Assembly (NCBI GenBank): GCA_964016885.1
Contig: OZ024749.1
Location: 5,580,001 to 5,644,000, forward strand
From: Eledone cirrhosa
Lineage: Eukaryota
Direction: 5' to 3'
Length of the DNA: 64,000 nucleotides
How positions within the stretch are numbered: position 1 is the first letter of the stretch; each line of letters starts with the position of its first letter. The notes under the pieces are model-generated. The model saw only the letters and a list, made by a program, of their open reading frames with translations. It did no database searches and was not told the origin of the DNA. Positions 47,669 through 60,000 of this stretch are shown here, one piece after another. The translations under genes were made by a program, and so were the position numbers.

Positions 47669-47735
47669 GATGTCTTTGCGAGAAGCAGGTGAAACTCTAG
47701 AGTAACAAGACTCATTGTTTAGCCTTAATAAAATA
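47667..47735 (+). ncRNA. 5'-truncated hammerhead remnant between (TA)n tracts
   Basis: ACGAT, a weak stem II, GAA, palindromic stem III ACTCTAGAGT, A (GUA triplet), then AATAAA; CTG and stem I are replaced by (TA)n. Confidence 0.45.
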
Positions 47736-47901
47736 AAAATTATATATATATAACCGCCATCTCAGTTTATTTGGCCTTTATAACCTTCATTTATTGCTCT
47801 GGTCTCTTTTTAGTCCATGGAGCGCTTGCCAGCATAACTCGGATATTACGTTTCGCTTGTTTTCGACCCTGCCGAAATACGAATCTCGCTGAAATTATAT
47901 T

Positions 47902-47932
<31 letters not shown>

Positions 47933-47936
<4 letters not shown>

Positions 47937-48173
47937 AATGCAATCTGAGTTTTGCGAATATTAATAATAACATTTGATTCGTTTGCAATTATGCAAACAA
48001 GCCTCAATTTTACAGCCATGTCAGTAGAATGAACACTTCATTCTTGCTCGCCAACATAAGAGCAATAATGAAGTGTTCATTCTACTGACATGGCTATAAA
48101 ATTGAGGCTTGTTTGCATAATTGCAAACGAATTGAATGATATTAATATTCGAAAAACTCAGATTACATTTATT
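47933..48173. repeat. Hairpin with ~115-bp arms abutting (TA)n
   Basis: CAGCCATGTCAGTAGAATGAACACTTCATT / AATGAAGTGTTCATTCTACTGACATGGCT; ~10-nt loop near 48050-48059. Confidence 0.92.
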
Positions 48174-48199
48174 TTATTCAGCCATGTAGAGCGAAATTT

Positions 48200-48243
<44 letters not shown>

Positions 48244-48290
48244 GTGGAAGCCAGTCAAAGTATAGCTTAAAGCTTTCTCTGTTAATGTAT

Positions 48291-48343
<53 letters not shown>

Positions 48344-48346
<3 letters not shown>

Positions 48347-48885
48347 AAATAATGGAAACACCTAGCATCATAATTTTGAAATATCTATAAAACCGTCGAA
48401 AGCTTTTTTTTTTTAATGTTTTTTGATTTATTATTATTATATGGTTTGTTAAAATTGCTGTTTCTTTTCAGATATCATCAGAAAAAGGTAATTAAAATTC
48501 CTTAAAATGACAGATCTAACGGACTTTCAAAGAGGTTAAATTGTTGGTGCTCGTATGGCAGGCGCTGGCGTAACGAAAACAGCCGAAATGTTTGGTGTAT
48601 CAAGAAGTACTGTCTCGAAAGTAATGACAGCCTTTGAGAAAGAGGGAACAAACCTCCTCGTCGAAACAAAACTCCGGAAGAAAACCCAAACTTTCAGATA
48701 GGGACCGTCGGACTCTTTCGCGAATTGTTAGGAAGGATCACAAAAGTACAGCTCCCAAAATTACTGCAGAGTTTAATGACCACCTCGAGAACAATAAAAA
48801 TAAACAAGCTTTTGACCGTTTTATAGATATTTCAAAATTATGATGCTATGATGCTAGGTGTTTTCATTATTTTGTCCAACACCTG
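48344..48885 (+). mobile_element. Internally deleted Tc1 transposon; transposase paired-HTH remnant at 48507-48792
   Basis: MTDLTDFQRG*IVGARMAGAGVTKTAEMFGVSRSTVSKVM.../..SGRKPKLSDRDRRTLSRIVRK; TIRs ACAAAATAATGGAAACACCTAGCATCATAATTTTGAAATATCTATAAAAC; DDE domain missing. Confidence 0.93.
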
Positions 48886-49084
48886 TGTATATGTATATAT
48901 ATATATATAATATTAAAACTGATTGTGTGCTTGCTTCCTTGCTTGTCTGTAATGTAATACAGCCAAAAGGGCGCATAATGAGAAAATACTTTCAAAAGAT
49001 GTTGACCCTGAAATGGTAATACAAATGGAATAAAACAAGTTTGGCGTAAATCGGTTCCCGAGATATGGGGTTTTTCCAGGTACT

Positions 49085-49087
<3 letters not shown>

Positions 49088-49156
<69 letters not shown>

Positions 49157-49163
49157 GAGAGAA

Positions 49164-49205
<42 letters not shown>

Positions 49206-49206
49206 T

Positions 49207-49279
<73 letters not shown>

Positions 49280-49355
49280 AAAGAGAGAAAGAGAAAGAGA
49301 GAAAGAGAAAGAGAGAAAGAGAAAGAGAGAAAGAGAAAGAGAGAAAGAGAAAGAG
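49088..49355. repeat. (GA)/(GAGAAA) polypurine microsatellite
   Basis: Direct inspection. Confidence 0.95.
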
Positions 49356-49744
49356 GGATAATAAGAGAGAGGAGATGGTTGTGATAGAGTAGATTGAAAT
49401 AGAGACAGAGAAAGGGAGAGGAGATAGACGGAGAAAGGGAGAGGAGACAGACGGAGAATGGAAGAGAGCTGGTGTAGTGTGTGTATGTATGTATATATAT
49501 ATGTGTGAGTGTATGTGTGTGTGAGTGTATGTGTGTGTCTATACATACACACATTTATATATATATATACATACACACACACATATATGGGCCTTCCAGT
49601 TTTATTTCATATTATGTACATGTCTGTGTATATTTTACTTATTCAAACATTATTTTTAAGTGAAAATGTTTTTTTATAAATATTATGAAGTGAATGTGAC
49701 CCAACGGGTCACGTGTGGTCTGCTATATATATATATATATATAC

Positions 49745-49912
49745 CACAGAAAAAAAGAGAATCAGTGTTGCGACAAATGGAATTTATTGGACATATTACA
49801 TCCGTCGCAACACTGATTCTCGTTTTTTTTCTGTGATATACTCTGCTCTATGAGAGCATCGAGTGCACAAACGGCCTACCGCATACGGATGCTTTAAGCA
49901 TCCAACACCAAT
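49745..49912 (-). mobile_element. (TA)n-embedded element with a 30-bp hairpin (family of 37729-37942)
   Basis: Arms 49745-49774 and 49804-49835; the reverse complement matches TTGGTGTTGGATGCTTAAAGC. Confidence 0.8.
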
Positions 49913-49952
<40 letters not shown>

Positions 49953-50554
49953 AAAAAGTGAATTCGAAGTTTCGGCATTGTTGCTTCATCTGGCTACTAG
50001 ATGAAACAAGAACATAGAAATGTTAAAAAGTTATGTCTGCTTACACATATATAGTGTACTCCAGTTGATATTTGAATATTTTAAATTGAAAGGAATTTTA
50101 AATAGCCACTCTAATATATGAATATGTGTATATATTTATATACACACATATAAGGCAGCGAATTGGCAAAGTCATTAAATGTCGGATGGAATGTTTTACT
50201 GCATTCGTCGATAAACAAAGTCCCAGTCCAGTATTGGAGTCGATTCTTACTCTATAGAAAAAAAATCGGCTGTGTTCAGACCTGGAGAGTGGAGGCTCCT
50301 TCAGGTTTAAAAGTGCCTTAAACGCACCGACTGACGGTGCCTCTACAACTCCACAAGGAATTATGGCATCTTTATGCTACCTTTTTTTTATATATATATA
50401 TATTTATATACACACCACCCACGTTTTCTTATTTGTCACATTCTCATCATCATCTGGGATGTTTAACATTCTGATAAGAGCTGATTGAGAAAACTCAAAA
50501 ACTCATCCAACCCATGCATGCATGAAGAGGTTAAAGTAGAAATTACGTTGATAG

Positions 50555-50736
50555 TTGTTTCTACTTTTGGCACAAGGCCAGTAATTACCCAGTGTATTAC
50601 TGGTACTTTATTCTATCGACCCCGTAAGGATGAAAGGCAAAGTTAACCTTGGCGGGATTCAGAATGGCAAGGGCCGTAACTCTATGCGTCAAAGCATGGC
50701 GTCCGACCCTCTACCGATACTGCCAATCCCACGCCT
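50555..50736 (-). mobile_element. SINE family A
   Basis: Head and core match. Confidence 0.9.
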
Positions 50737-50799
50737 TTAATTACATTGATAATGTTGATATAATATATCTGATATATCTATTTATAATCTCTAAAGTCT

Positions 50800-51073
50800 G
50801 TCCCGAGCTCGGCGGCTCATCAGGCAGGTACTTATGCCGGTTTCCATGGCGTTAAGTGACTGAGAATACAATACTTCCCGCTGGAGAGGGCGCTAGTCCA
50901 TTGCTAAGTTAAACTCCCAGCTATTGTTGGTACTCATTTTCAGTTGAGTATACTGGAGCAACATGAAATGAAGTGTTTTTGCTCAAGAAAACAACACACA
51001 ACCCAGCCCAGGAATCGAACCCACGACGTTATGGTCATAAGTCCAACATCATTACCACAAGGCCACTTGCCTC
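50800..51073 (-). mobile_element. CORE-type SINE with another tail type
   Basis: GGGTTCGATTCC B-box, CORE-like region, tail ATGGACTAGCGCCCTCTCCAGCGGGAAGTA...GGAAACCGGCATAAG. Confidence 0.75.
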
Positions 51074-51815
51074 CACTATTTAGAATAGATACGCAATATC
51101 CCTGCATGTTGTAAGGGGCAACTACAAGATCTGGGGCCAAGAAAGTCACCTGGCAGTAAAATGATATCTTAAAAAGATCCCTATATCAGTATGATGTGTA
51201 TGATTGGAAAACAGAAAAGTATGTGAACTATAAAGATATGTATACCTAAATGTATCGGTGTTTCTATTTTTATATATAGGGAGATGATGGTTATCTTTAA
51301 AAAGCTAACAACAAACACAACAGAGAGATTGTGATCATCACACCTGACATTATAACACCATAAAAATACAGAGATTTGATGTAATATATAGAGAAAATGA
51401 GGACTGAGAAGTTAAAAAGAGAACTGGTGTTCCAATCCCAACATCGTCTCCCCGTCTTGTCTTTCATACTGATAATGACTAACATCAGTTTCTGGATAAA
51501 TGAGATTTTCACGATAGGTCTTACAAGAGGAGACTATCAGATGTTTTCAACTCTGCTGGAGTAACAACATAGCAACCCACCTCCTATTTACACAGATAAT
51601 GTTTCTCTACAAATTAGATTTACATATTAGATCTTCCAAGGGGAGACAAGCAGTTAGAAAGTTTCAATGGCGTTTGTGTTGTAACGAAACACACCGACAC
51701 CATGTCCACCATACTAACTTTGATGCTGATGTTAAATATCAGTTTCTCGACAAATTAGATAAGGGAGAGCCTCAATTGGGAGGCTTCAACGGACCTTGTG
51801 CTACATCAGACTTAC

Positions 51816-51881
51816 CCACGTTATTCCTTATCTTGGCTTTGATATAAATTCTCAGCAAATTAGATTTGCACAGTATGTTTT
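51816..51881 (-). CDS. Candidate exon (66 bp, phase 1/1): (E)NILCKSNLLRIYIKAKIRNNV
   Basis: Acceptor CTTATCTCCCCATAG, donor TGG|GTAAGT; only this frame is open. Confidence 0.35.
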
Positions 51882-52182
51882 CTATGGGGAGATAAGAAAT
51901 TACAATGCTGCTGGTGTTACAATACTGTAACCCAGATTTTACTAACAGTATTTACTAGCTTAATTCCAGGAAAAAAGTCACAGGAGAAGGATTCAAGTTT
52001 CATTTAACGCGTTTTATAAGAAACAACCTCTAGTTCTATAATTCAAATTGGTTTACTTTAAAGTGTTTATATTTGTCTGAAAACGTTCCACTATATTTTC
52101 ATGTAAGATCCTTTCTTCCAACTTTTTGATGATTTTCAAGGTAATTTTAAAATCCTAAGCAGTGTTTCTATTAGAAACTCAC

Positions 52183-52237
52183 CTGGGCAGAGGATACAAA
52201 AGCATACGTGCATACACACACCTGCTCCTAACATAAC
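52183..52237 (-). CDS. Candidate exon (55 bp): VMLGAGVCMHVCFCILCP in phase 0/1
   Basis: Acceptor TGTCTGTTTGCAG, consensus donor CAG|GTGAGT; could be non-coding. Confidence 0.4.
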
Positions 52238-52450
52238 CTGCAAACAGACATACAAAATGATGAAGTAAAGTTGAAGTGGAAAATAATTGGAGAAACAGAG
52301 GGAAAGAGACATTGATAAGGTCACAGCTTGTGATGAAAGAACTTTGACAATTGTTTTTATTGATTGATTAACTAACAGTTAGATGGATCAATTATTTGAT
52401 TAATAATAACCTTGCACTCTGAACTAAAACCCAACCAGTGAATGTGTTAA

Positions 52451-52671
52451 CCCTTCAGCATTGAAACTGGACATATCCGGCCGGGATTCTCTCACCTCCT
52501 TCTGTTCAAATTGGCTGTAATCGACCGTTCAAACTGATGTTAAGGAATTGTTCTCAAAATAAATAATATTAAAATCTTACTGATTCGATATTATTCGAGA
52601 TAATTATGTGAGGTCAAGTCTTTAACATGAAAATATAATAGTAAATATAGAGTAATGTAAATAGTATAGGG
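52451..52671. mobile_element. TTAA MITE
   Basis: TTAA|CCCTTCAGCATT ... TAGGG|TTAA; internal match to 15724-15943. Confidence 0.8.
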
Positions 52672-52779
52672 TTAAATTGACAATAGAACTCTCCCAAACT
52701 TCAACAATATGAGGCAACAGTAGGGATAAGAACCCCATTACAGGACTCCACCCTCATCATAGAGCCCCTCTGAGCTATT

Positions 52780-53903
52780 CTAGACATATAGCCAGCCTTA
52801 TTTAGCAACAGAGGTCATTGACCTCTTAGACATGTAGCCAGCCTTATTTGGCAACAGAGATCACATCCTTCCTAGACATGAAGATACGCATATTTGGCAA
52901 CACAGGTCACTGACCTCTCCTAGACATGTAGCAACCCATATTTGACCACACAGGTCACTGAATCTTCTTAGGCATGTAGCCACCCATATTTGGCGACACA
53001 GGTCACTGACCTCTCCATGACATGTAGCCACTCACATTTGGCAATATATAGGTCACTGACCTCTCCTAGACATGTAGCCACCCATATTTAGCAACATATA
53101 GGTCACTGACCTCTCCTAGACATGTAGCCACCCATATTTAGCAACATAGAGGTCACTGACCTCTCATAGACATGTAACCACCAATATTTGGCGACAGGTC
53201 ACTGACCTCTCCTAGACATGTAGCCACCCATATTTGACCACACAGGTCACTGACCTCTCCTAGTCATGTAGCCACCCATATTTGACCACACAGGTCACTG
53301 ACCTCTCCTAGACATGTAGCCACCCATATTTGACCACACAGGTCACTGACCTCTCCTAGACATGTAGCCACCCATATTTGGTCACACAGGTCACTGACCT
53401 CTCCTAGTCATGTAGCCACCCATATTTGACCACACAGGTCACTGACCTCTCCTAGTCATGTAGCCACCCATATTTGACCACACAGGTCACTGACCTCTCC
53501 TAGTCATGTAGCCACCCATATTTGACCACACAGGTCACTGACCTCCTAGTCATGTAGCCACCCATATTTGACCACACAGGTCACTGACCTCTCCTAGTCA
53601 TGTAGCCACCCATATTTGACCACACAGGTCACTGACCTTTCCTAGTCATGTAGCCACCCATATTTGACCACACAGGTCACTGACCTCTCCTAGTCATGTA
53701 GCCACCCATATTTGACCACACAGGTCACTGACCTCTCCTAGTCATGTAGCCACCCATATTTGACCACACAGGTCACTGACCTCTCCTAGTCATGTAGCCA
53801 CCCATATTTGACCACACAGGTCACTGACCTCTCCTAGTCATGTAGCCACCAATATTTGACCACATGTCACTGACCTCTCCTAGACATGTAGCCACCATAT
53901 TTG
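52780..53903. repeat. 48-bp minisatellite, ~23 units, most with AGGTCA-C-TGACCT
   Basis: Unit CAGGTCACTGACCTCTCCTAGTCATGTAGCCACCCATATTTGACCACA. Confidence 0.97.
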
Positions 53904-54094
53904 GGGGGGTCTGGTAGTAGTGGTGGTATGGTGGAGGGGTAGTGGGGGGGGGGGGTAGTGGTGGTGGTGGATGGTAGTAGTGGTGGTAGTAGAGGTGGTG
54001 GTGTGGTACTGGTGGTGGTGGTGTGGTGGTGGTGGTGTGGTAGTGGTGGTGTGGTAGTCGTGGTGTGGTTGTCGTGTGCCAGAGGTGGTGCTAG

Positions 54095-57000
54095 TGATGT
54101 GGTAGTGGCGTGGTAGTGGTGTGGTAGTGGTGGTACCAGTGGTGGTGTGGTAGTGGTGTGGTAGTGGTGTGCCAGTGGTGAGCCAGTAGTGGTGTGGTAG
54201 TGGTGTGCCAGTAGTGGTGTGCTAGTGGTGTCGTAGTGGTGTGGTAGTGGTGTGGTAGTGGTGTGGTAGTGGTGTGGTAGTGGTGTGGTAGTGGTGTGCC
54301 AGTGGTGTGCCAGTAGTGGTGTGGTAGTGGTGTGCCAGTAGTGGTGTGCTAGTGGTGTGGTAGTGGTGTGGTAGTGGTGTGGTAGTGGTGTGGTAGTGGT
54401 GTGGTAGTGGTGTGCCAGTAGTGTGCCAGTAGTGGTGTGGTAGTGGTGTGCCAGTAGTGGTGTGGTAGAGGCGTGGTAGTGGTGTGCCAGTGGTGGTGTG
54501 GTAGTGGTGTGGTAGTGGTGTGGTACCAGTGGTGTGGTAGTGGTGTGGTGGTGTGGTAGTGGTGTGCCAGTGGTGTGCCAGTGGTGGTGTGCCAGTGGTG
54601 GTGTGGTAGTGGTGTGGTAGTGGTGTGGTAGTGGTGTGGTAGTGGTGTGGTAGTGGTGTGGTAGTGGTGTGGTAGTGGTGTGCCAGTGGTGTGCCAGTGG
54701 CGTGGTAGTGGCGTGGTAGTGGTGTGCCAGTGGTGTGCCAGTGGTGTGGTAGTGGTGTGCCAGTGGTGTGCCAGTGGTGTGGTAGTGGTGTGCCAGTGGT
54801 GTGCCAGTGGTGTGCCAGTGGTGTGGTAGTGGTGTGCCAGTGGTGTGGTAGTGGTGTGCCAGTGGTGTGCCAGTGGTGTGCCAGTGGTGTGCCAGTGGTG
54901 TGGTAGTGGTGTGCCAGTGGTGGTACCAGTGGTGTGGTAGTGGTGTGCCAGTGGTGTGCCAGTGGTGTGGTAGTGGTGTGCCAGTGGTGTGGTAGTGGTG
55001 TGCCAGTGGTGTGGTAGTGGTGTGCCAGTGGTGTGCCAGTGGCGTGGTAGTGGTGTGCCAGTGGTGTGCCAGTGGTGTGCCAGTGGTGTGGTAGTGGTGT
55101 GCCAGTGGTGTGCCAGTGGTGTGCCAGTGGTGTGGTAGTGGTGTGCCAGTGGTGTGGTAGTGGTGTGCCAGTGGTGTGCCAGTGGTGTGCCAGTGGTGTG
55201 GTAGTGGTGTGCCAGTGGTGGACCAGTGGTGTGGTAGTGGTGTGCCAGTGGTGTGCCAGTGGTGTGGTAGTGGTGTGCCAGTGGTGTGGTAGTGGTGTGG
55301 TAGTGGTGTGCCAGTGGTGTGGTAGTGGTGTGCCAGTGGTGTGGTAGTGGTGTGCCAGTGGTGTGGTAGTGGTGTGCCAGTGGTGTGCCAGTGGTGTGCC
55401 AGTGGTGTGGTAGTGGTGTGCCAGTAGTGGTGTGCTAGTGGTGTGGTAGTGGTGTGGTAGTGGTGTGGTAGTGGTGTGGTAGTGGTGTGCCAGTGGTGGT
55501 GTGGTAGTGGTGTGGTAGTGGTGTGGTACCAGTGGTGTGGTAGTGGTGTGGTGGTGTGGTAGTGGTGTGCCAGTGGTGTGCCAGTGGTGTGCCAGTGGTG
55601 GTGTGGTAGTGGTGTGGTAGTGGTGTGGTAGTGGTGTGGTAGTGGTGTGGTAGTGGTGTGGTAGTGGTGTGCCAGTGGTGTGCCAGTGGCGTGGTAGTGG
55701 TGTGCCAGTGGTGTGCCAGTGGTGTGGTAGTGGTGTGCCAGTGGTGTGCCAGTAGTGTGCCAGTGGTGTGCCAGTGGTGTGGTAGTGGTGTGCCAGTGGT
55801 GTGCCAGTGGTGTGCCAGTGGTGTGCCAGTGGTGTGGTAGTGGTGTGCCAGTGGTGGTACCAGTGGTGTGGTAGTGGTGTGCCAGTGGTGTGGTAGTGGT
55901 GTGCCAGTGGTGTGGTAGTGGTGTGCCAGTGGTGTGGTAGTGGTGTGCCAGTGGTGTGCCAGTGGCGTGGTAGTGGTGTGCCAGTGGTGTGCCAGTGGTG
56001 TGGTAGTGGTGTGCCAGTGGTGTGCCAGTGGTGTGCCAGTGGTGTGCCAGTGGTGTGCCACTGGTGTGGTAGTGGTGTGCCAGTGGTGTGGTAGTGGTGT
56101 GCCAGTGGTGTGTCAGTGGTGTGCCAGTGGTGTGGTAGTGGTGTGCCAGTGGTGGTACCAGTGGTGTGGTAGTGGTGTGCCAGTGGTGTGCCAGTGGTGT
56201 GGTAGTGGTGTGCCAGTGGTGTGGTAGTGGTGTGCCAGTGGTGTGGTAGTGGTGTGCCAGTGGTGTGCCAGTGGTGGTAGTGTGTGCCAGTGGTGTGGTA
56301 GTGGTGTGCCAGTGGTGGTACCAGTGGTGTGGTAGTGGTGTGCCAGTGGTGTGCCAGTGGTGTGGTAGTGGTGTGCCAGTGGTGTGGTAGTGGTGTGCCA
56401 GTGGTGTGGTAGTGGTGTGCCAGTGGTGTGCCAGTGGTGTGCCAGTGGTGTGCCAGTGGTGTGGTAGTGGTGTGCCAGTGGTGGTACCAGTGGTGTGGTA
56501 GTGGTGTGGTAGTGGTGTGCCAGTGGTGTGCCAGTGGTGTGCCAGTGGCGTGGTAGTGGTGTGCCAGTGGTGTGCCAGTGGTGTGGTAGTGGTGTGGTAG
56601 TGGTGTGCCAGTGGTGTGGTAGTGGTGTGGTAGTGGTGTGCAGTGTGTGCCAGTGGTGTGGTAGTGGTGTGCCAGTGGTGTGGTAGTGGTGTGCCAGTGA
56701 TGGTGCCAGTGGCGTGGTAGTGGTGTGCCAGTGGTGTGCCGAGTGGTGGTGGTAGTGGTGTGCCAGTGGTGTGCCAGTGGTGTGGTAGTAGTGTGCCAGT
56801 GTGTGCCAGGGTGTGTGTAGTGGTGTGCCAGTGGTGTGGCAGTGGTGTGCCAGTGGCGTGGTAGTGGTGTGCCAGTGGTGTGCCAGTGGTGTGGTAGTGG
56901 TGTGGTAGTGTGTGTGCCAGTGGTGTGGTAGTGGTGTGCCAGTGGTGTGGTAGTGGTGTGGTAGTAGTGTGCCAGTGGTGTGGTCAGTGGCTGTGGTAGT

Positions 57001-60000
57001 AAGTGTGGTAGTAGTGTGCCCAGTGCCAGTGGTGTGCCAGTGGTGTGGTAGTGGTGTGCCAGTGGTGTGGTAGTGGTGTGCCAGTGGTGTGGTAGTGGTG
57101 TGCCAGTGGTGTGGTAGTGGTGTGCCAGTGGTGTGGTAGTGGTGTGCCAGTGGTGTGGTAGTGGTGTGCCAGTGGTGTGCCAGTGGTGTGGTAGTGGTGT
57201 GCCAGTGGTGTGGTAGTGGTGTGGTAGTGGTGTGCCAGTGGTGTGCCAGTGGCGTGGTAGTGGTGTGCCAGTGGTGTGGTAGTGGTGTGGTAGTGGTGTG
57301 CCAGTGGTGTGCCAGTGGCGTGGTAGTGGTGTGCCAGTGGTGTGGTAGTGGTGTGGTAGTGGTGTGGTAGTGGTGTGGTAGTGGTGTGCCAGTGGTGTGC
57401 CAGTGGTGTGGTAGTGGTGTGCCAGTGGTGTGGTAGTGGTGTGTAGTGGTGTGCAGTGGTGTGGTAGTGGTGTGCCAGTGGTGTGGTAGTGGTGTGGTAG
57501 TGGTGTGCAGTGGTGTGGTAGTAGTGTGCCAGTAGTGTGCCAGTAGTGTGGTAGTGGTGTGCCAGTGGTGTGGTAGTGGTGTGCCAGTGGTGTGCCAGGG
57601 CGTGGTAGTGGTGTGCCAGTGGTGTGCTGGCGTGTAGTGGTGTGCCAGTGGTGTGGTAGTGGTGTGGTAGTGGTGTGCCAGTGGTGTGGTAGTGGTGTGG
57701 TAGTGGTGTGCCAGTGGTGTGGTAGTGGTGTGGTAGTGGTGTGCAGTGGTGTGCCAGTGGTGTGGGTAGTGGTGTGGTAGTGGGTGTGGTAGTGGTGTGC
57801 CAGTGGTGTGGTAGTGGTGTGCCAGTGGTGTGGTAGTGGTGTGCCAGTGGTGTGGTAGTGGTGTGGTAGTGGTGTGCCAGTGGTGTGGTAGTGGTGTGGT
57901 AGTGGTGTGCCAGTGGTGTGGTAGTGGTGTGGTAGTGGTGTGCCAGTGGTGTGGTAGTGGTGTGGTAGTGGTGTGCCAGTGGTGTGGAGTGGTGTGCCAG
58001 TGGTGTGGTAGTGGTGTGCCAGTGGTGTGGTAGTGGTGTGCCAGTGGTGTGGTAGTGTGTGGTAGTGGTGTGCAGTGGTGTGCCAGTGGTGTGGTAGTGG
58101 TGCCAGTGGCGTGGTGTGGTGTGCAGTGGTGTGCCAGTGGTGTGGTAGTGGTGTGCCAGTGGTGTGGTAGTGGGTGTGCCAGTGGTGTGGTAGTGGTGTG
58201 GTAGTAGTGTGCCAGTGGTGTGCCAGTGGTGTGGTAGTGGTGTGGTAGTAGTGTGCCAGTGGTGTGCCAGTGGTGTGGTAGTGGTGTGGTAGTAGTGTGC
58301 CAGTGGTGTGCCAGTGGTGTGGTAGTGGTGTGGTAGTAGTGTGGTAGTAGTGTGCCAGTGGTGTGCAGTGGTGTGCCAGTGGTGTGGTAGTGGTGTGCCA
58401 GTGGTGTGGTAGTGTGTGCCAGTGGTGTGGTAGTGTTGTGCCAGTGGTGTGGTAGTGATGTGGTAGTGGTGTGCCAGTGGTGTGGTAGTGGTGTGCCAGT
58501 GGTGTGGTAGTGGTGTGCCAGTGGTGTGCCAGTGGTGTGGTAGTGGTGTGCCAGTGGTGTGGTAGTGGTGTGGTAGTGGTGTGCAGTGGCGTGGTAGTGG
58601 TGTGCCAGTGGTGTGGTAGTGGTGTGGTAGTGGTGTGCAGTGGTGTGCCAGTGGCGTGGTAGTGGTGTGCCAGTGGTGTGGTAGTGGTGTGGTAGTGGTG
58701 TGGTAGTGGTGTGCCAGTGGTGTGCCAGTGGTGTGGTAGTGGTGTGCCAGTGGTGTGGTAGTGGTGTGGTAGTGGTGTGCCAGTGGTGTGGTAGTGGTGT
58801 GCCAGTGGTGTGGTAGTGGTGTGGTAGTGGTGTGCCAGTGGTGTGGTAGTAGTGTGCCAGTGGTGTGCCAGTGGTGTGGTAGTGGTGTGCCAGTGGTGTG
58901 GTAGTGGTGTGCCAGTGGTGTGGCCAGTGGCGTGGTAGTGGTGTGCCAGTGGTGTGCCAGTGGCGTGGTAGTGGTGTGCCAGTGGTGTGGTAGTGGTGTG
59001 GTAGTGGTGTGCCAGTGGTGTGGTAGTGGTGTGGTAGTGGTGTGCCAGTGGTGTGGTAGTGGTGTGGTAGTGGTGTGCCAGTGTGTGCCAGTGGTGTGGT
59101 AGTGGTGTGGTAGTGGTGTGGTAGTGGTGTGCCAGTGGTGTGGTAGTGGTGTGCCAGTGGTGTGGTAGTGGTGTGCCAGTGGTGTGGTAGTGGTGTGGTA
59201 GTGGTGTGCCAGTGGTGTGCCAGTGGTGTGGTAGTGGTGTGCCAGTGGTGTGCCAGTGGTGTGGTAGTGGTGTGCCAGTGGTGTGCAGTGGTGTGGTAGT
59301 GGTGTGGTAGTGGTGTGGTTGTGGTGTGGTAGTGGTGTGCCAGTGGTGGTACCAGTGGTGTGCCAGTGGTGTGGTAGTGGTGTGGTAGTGGTGTGCCAGT
59401 GGTGTGCCAGTGGTGTGGTAGTGGTGTGGTAGTAGTGTGCCAGTGGTGTGCCAGTGGTGTGGTAGTGGTGTGCCAGTGGTGTGGTAGTGGTGTGGTAGTG
59501 GTGTGCCAGTGGTGTGGTAGTGGTGTGCCAGTGGTGTGGTAGTGGTGTGCCAGTGGTGTGCCAGTGGTGTGGTAGTGGTGTGCCGGTGGTGTGGTAGTGG
59601 TGTGGTAGTAGTGTGCCAGTGGTGTGCCAGTGGTGTGGTAGTGGTGTGGTAGTAGTGTGCCAGTGGTGTGCCAGTGGTGTGGTAGTGGTGTGGTAGTAGT
59701 GTGCAGTGGTGTGCCAGTGGTGTGGTAGTGGTGTGGTAGTGGTGTGCCAGTGGTGTGCCAGTGGTGTGGTAGTGGTGTGGTAGTAGTGTGCCAGTGGTGT
59801 GCCAGTGGTGTGGTACTGGTGTGCCAGTGGTGTGGTAGTGGTGTGCCAGTGGTGTGGTAGTGGTGTGGTAGTGGTGTGCCAGTGGTGTGGTAGTGGTGTG
59901 CCAGTGGTGTGGTAGTGGTGTGCCAGTGGTGTGCCAGTGGTGTGGTAGTGGTGTGCCAGTGGTGTGGTAGTGGTGTGGTAGTGGTGTGCAGTGGTGTGCC

